From Glaucostegus cemiculus (taxonomy: Eukaryota), in assembly GCA_976551045.1 (NCBI GenBank), contig CDPCPM010000015.1:11036001-11100000 (forward strand): a stretch of DNA of 64,000 nt, written 5' to 3'. The position numbers and the translations under genes are program-made. The notes under the pieces were generated by a model that had not been told where the DNA came from, made no database searches, and saw only the letters and a program-made list of their open reading frames with translations. This document shows positions 59,801 to 64,000 of this stretch, piece by piece. Every line of letters starts with the position of its first letter. Positions within the stretch are counted from its first letter, which is position 1.

Positions 59801-62800
59801 CCCACCAGCAAAGCAAAATAAGACCACCTTGCCGATTTTTTTTTTAAAAACTTCTTCCCGCCTTTTCACGTTTGGCTCATTTGAACCTTGCAGCGCTCTT
59901 CCAGCCGCTGTCATGAAATTTAAAAAATTGTTGCTGCAGCCATTTGAAATTGGAACAACTTTTATTTTGTGGGCATTGTTGCTTTTTAATCCCTCGAATC
60001 TTCTCCTGTACACTTACTGGAAGTTATATATTTATTTCTGTTCCTTTCTCTAGTTTTTTAAAAAAATTTAAACCCTACTTTATAATACGAACATTTTGAG
60101 TTGTAAAACGAGAGGACTTGGAGTGGGGTAGCTTGCCAAGGGAAGCAATGCCGTGTATTTCAGCAGAGTTTGGGATCTCAAGTATGGAGCACGTTTTGTG
60201 TCCTCTTGAAAATCCTGCAGGTTAAAAGATTTTTAATTGTCATGAGAATTAATTTGCTGCAGTTTAGTACTCATGATTTAATCATATATATATATATTTT
60301 CTTGACAGTTATACATTTAACTTTTATTGTGTTTCAGGTGTGTAATTTTCATATAATTTGTTTAGGACTATTCAGTTTATTCAGAAAGTTACATTTTCCA
60401 TGTGGTTCTATATTTATTTAAGTTCTATACCTGATTAGGAAGGTTCTGTGGTTGCTAACTGCAGTTGATTAACAGAGACTAGGTACAGTGGTTATCTGAT
60501 CTATAATCTGGTAATGTAATTTCACTTGCTCTTTCCAGAAATGTCATGTAGCACATTTTTGAAGATTTTTTTTGCAAAGAAAACAACCTCAGCGAGAAAC
60601 TTTGCATATTCAGCCACCTTCTTTTCCTTTGGTCATGCAGACTTGCACTTCAGTTACTGACCTGCATGGAAATTAAATCAGAGATCCCTAAAGTGAAAAC
60701 TCAGTTACAGCTGGAATATCAAATGCAAAAACAGAGGTGATAATATACTAACAATGTACATTTATAATTTGTTTGTTTGCATGTTTTTCTAAGGATTGAG
60801 AATGTGAAATTTATTTTGAAGAGGGAGAGCAGCTTGCAATAAACGGAAAACAGTTCAAGTGTAGCTAATCAGGCCAGACAGTCTGTATCGGATAACAAAG
60901 CTGCATTATTGTCCTATTAATTATTTAAATAGTTTCATGGTCTAGATGCATTATAAACATTCTTTAATAATAACAGACAAAAGGGAACTTCCTATGTGGA
61001 TCAAGAAGATATTTCATATGCATTTTAAGGAAAAACGAAAGTGAAAGGAACTTAATGTATGCATTATAATCCAAAATCTGCAGGCTTATTTGGTAATATA
61101 TTTTCTATTTTTTCAGTGTACTGTTTTTGTTCTTTGCTGTATTTTCTTCATCGCTTCACATTTTAATTACATTGTCCTTTAAGAGAAATGTCTTGTTCCT
61201 CGCAACTTTGCTTTTTATTTCAGTTTTCTTCTTTGTTCTCTTATCTGTTTTTCCCTTGTTCTTCTCTGCCAACTCATAATGTTTTTCAATTCCTACTAAT
61301 TTCCATTCCTCAACGTAAAATGTATTCAAATATTACTAATTTCAATATTCAGCTTTTGGGAGAAAAACTTTACCAGCGGATCAGTGAGCTTAGAGAAATT
61401 GACTGAAGGGAAATAGAAAATTATTTTCATATAATCATCGTATCAAAACACGTTCATCAGAGAAACTCTTTATGTTCGGGTTTGCAGTATTACTTACAGT
61501 TGCATTGTAAAAGCATAGAAAATGGTGTGAAACAGTGACGTTAAATCCTGTGGCTTGTGGGAGTTTGTGCACTATAATTTCTAATGGTCAGCAGTGGGTG
61601 TTAGCATGAAAAATACTATCCATTTATGGCCTGAATTTCAAAGCTTTGCCAGTTTATGAGGGAAGAATTGAAACGTGAATTTAGTGTGTATTGATGTTTT
61701 CTTTCAAAAGTATCTGGTCAGGTCTTGTATAATGTTGTTCAAGTTTAAATAGGTGCTGTTTTGAAAATTACCTTTTTAAGTCTTTAATCGCTAAGAAGCA
61801 AAGAATAGGAACGTTGTCTGGCCACAGTCATCTGTCAGATTGTTGCAGTAGAGATGGCACAAAGTACTACATGCCATTCACTTGCAGTACTGTAGTAAGA
61901 GATAATGCTAATTGTACGCATTCCTTTAAAGGACAACAGTTTTGTTTTGTAATTTTTTTAAATAATGGAATGAGCTCAAACTAAACTCTGGTACCTATAA
62001 TTAAGACCTGCATATACTAAACCTACTTACAGAATTATACATTAAAGCTACAGTTGTGCGTCTTGTGCTGTGAAATGTATATGGGCTCACATAGCTGCTA
62101 ATTTTCACACAGCACTGGAGGAATAGATCTGAGATGCACTGCCTGTACAAGTGTGGGGGTTCAGAGGGGATGGGGGAAGGAGGTGCATATACATTTAGTT
62201 CTTCAGATTTACTTCCCGTGCTGCGGGCAGCTGTACTGATGGGGCAGCTTCCTCAAGTACGGAAAATTTGAATCCATTGTTTTATCAAAAGGTACACAGG
62301 GTACGTCAGCAGCTCCCGAGTCAGGGCAGTAAGGGCTCACTGACCAGGGCAAGGATAGTCCTCTTTAAGACAACAGCTTATATTTACCTGAGACAAATTT
62401 CTTTGACAGAATCGGCTTTCCCACTTGCACGTATTTGCAATGAAATAAACTGAATCAAGGTTTACACTCACTGAAGGCTTTGAAGGTTTGTATCCACATT
62501 AATTGAGAATTGGACAAACCTTGTGGCAACCACAGGTCCCAGAAATGAACTTGCCAGAAGTGGTTCCAGTCAGTTGCAATGTAATTGCTGTTGGATTTAG
62601 GCCCATGATACAAACCTGCTCATACCTTTGCTACATTGTGAATATTTCTTAGTGGCAAGTTGCTGAAAATACAAAGCAGGTTGCATTTTTATAATGTTTT
62701 GGCAGAGCACGGTTGGTCTGGATCCTATGGGGCTGGTGTTCAGGCAGAGTTTTAATTCACTGCACTATATCTAACCTGCTGGTGCACAGTGCTAATCAAC

Positions 62801-63644
62801 TGAGATCAAATGAAAAAGAATCCCAGTTCCTTGGCAAATTCTCACAGAAGTTAAAGACACAAAAATGATAGTTGCTTAATCAGTATTGCATTATAAAGGC
62901 ATTTGCAATTAATAGTAATAATCTCAGATTAAAATTATTTATCATCTACTGATCTGCTGTTCTCTGCCTGCATTGCTGTTTCACTTGCTGTTTGCATTCT
63001 GTTGACTATGTGAGTGTCTGTGTTACCAGGGAATATCCTACTTTTCTAGAGCATATGGTTTCAGCTAACGGACTGTGTAGGGGACAGCGTTCATTTTAGA
63101 GCCATTGCATTTTGGCTATTGTGTTGCTGCAGTGTTGTTGCCTCATTTGGCCTAAGGTATGCTATGTGTCCTAGTCAGATCACCTTGCTACTGGGCAGCA
63201 GCATATTAATTGGAATGGGTGCAGTGCTGCTTTCTTGTGGATATCTGGGGTCACCATTTTGGCCTAGACTCAATATTTTGTCTTGTTCCATTTCTCCCCT
63301 CCCCACCTCGATCTGCTCCAGGTCACCCAATAGCAAAGGAGTTTTTGAGATCTGCATTTGATGGGCCTACCTCTTTCATTTGAAGTGGATTTGATGCCAA
63401 ATTTGACACAAGCCTTGGTCTATTTCTTTTTCCCTTCCTCATAATCTCCCGGGCCATTTTCTTGACTTTAGCTTTACATTTATCAACCTAAATTTATTTG
63501 TGTATTGTTGCTAATCCATATCCTGCTCAACTTTAAATTTTAACCTTTGGTTGGCTTTTTCCCTGCCATCAACCTTCCAATTTCCATTGTGGAGCTGACA
63601 GATTTTTTTAATAGATGGAAAGCTAATGTTAAATATCAGAATTT

Positions 63645-64000
63645 CAGAAGGATGAGGGGGATTTCATTGAAACCTACTGGATACTGAAAGGCCTGGATAG
63701 AGTGGACGTGGAGAGGATGTTTCCATCAGTGGGAGAGTCTAGGATCTAAGGGCACAGTCTCAGAATAAAGGGATGTCCAATTAAAACTGAGATGAGGAAT
63801 TCCTTCAGCCAGAGGGCGGTGAATCTGTGGAATTCGTTGCCACAGAGGGCTGTGGAGAGCAAGTCATTGGGTGCAATTAAGGCAGAGATTGACAGGTTCT
63901 TGATTGGTGAGGGGGACATGGCAGGAGAATGGGGTTGAAAAGAAAGAAATCAGCTGTGATTGGATGGCAAAGCAGACTCAAAGGGACAAATGGCCTAATT
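63645..64000 (+). mobile_element. CR1 3' fragment in intron 1
   Basis: gaaggatgagggggatttcattgaaacc..cagccagagggcggtgaatctgtggaattcgttgccacag. Confidence 0.9.

Noticed and set aside
57500-59847. Long Pro/Gly/Ser-rich ORFs (57500-58204, 57895-58521, 58672-59100, 59236-59847)
   Set aside because: They arise from N runs and C-rich low-complexity sequence that lacks stop codons; no domain signature.
57863-64000. NFI exon 2 (DEFHPFIEALL...)
   Set aside because: No matching coding sequence seen by eye or in the ORF track; it presumably lies beyond the window.

Overview
Vertebrate genomic DNA, by inference a cartilaginous fish (shark or ray), judged from HE1/V-SINE-like, SacSINE1/DeuSINE-like, CR1 (HER1-like), Rex1/Babar, RTE, L1 and Penelope-like repeats. 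Roughly the first 47 kb is repeat-rich intergenic sequence. From about 47.7 kb CpG density rises and repeats thin out. This ends in a CpG-island promoter with a 30-nt first coding exon, ATGATGTTCTCTCCGCTCTGCCTGACCCAG|GTAACG (MMFSPLCLTQ, 57833-57862, + strand). That peptide is the diagnostic N-terminus of a Nuclear Factor I gene, most like NFIB. Exon 2 is not in the window, so 57863-64000 is intron 1. I recognise no other host protein-coding exon: nearly all listed ORFs are TE remnants or low-complexity artefacts. The main points of interest are: a uORF whose stop overlaps both tandem NFI start codons; minimal hammerhead-ribozyme motifs with a recurrent core variant in Penelope-like repeats; a candidate alternative first exon followed by a perfect 16-bp hairpin; a V-SINE with a Rex-LINE-like tail; and THAP/TTAA and Harbinger DNA-transposon relics. 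Repeat boundaries were read by eye (about +/-20-50 bp unless stated exactly), and family names come from motif recognition, not database searches.
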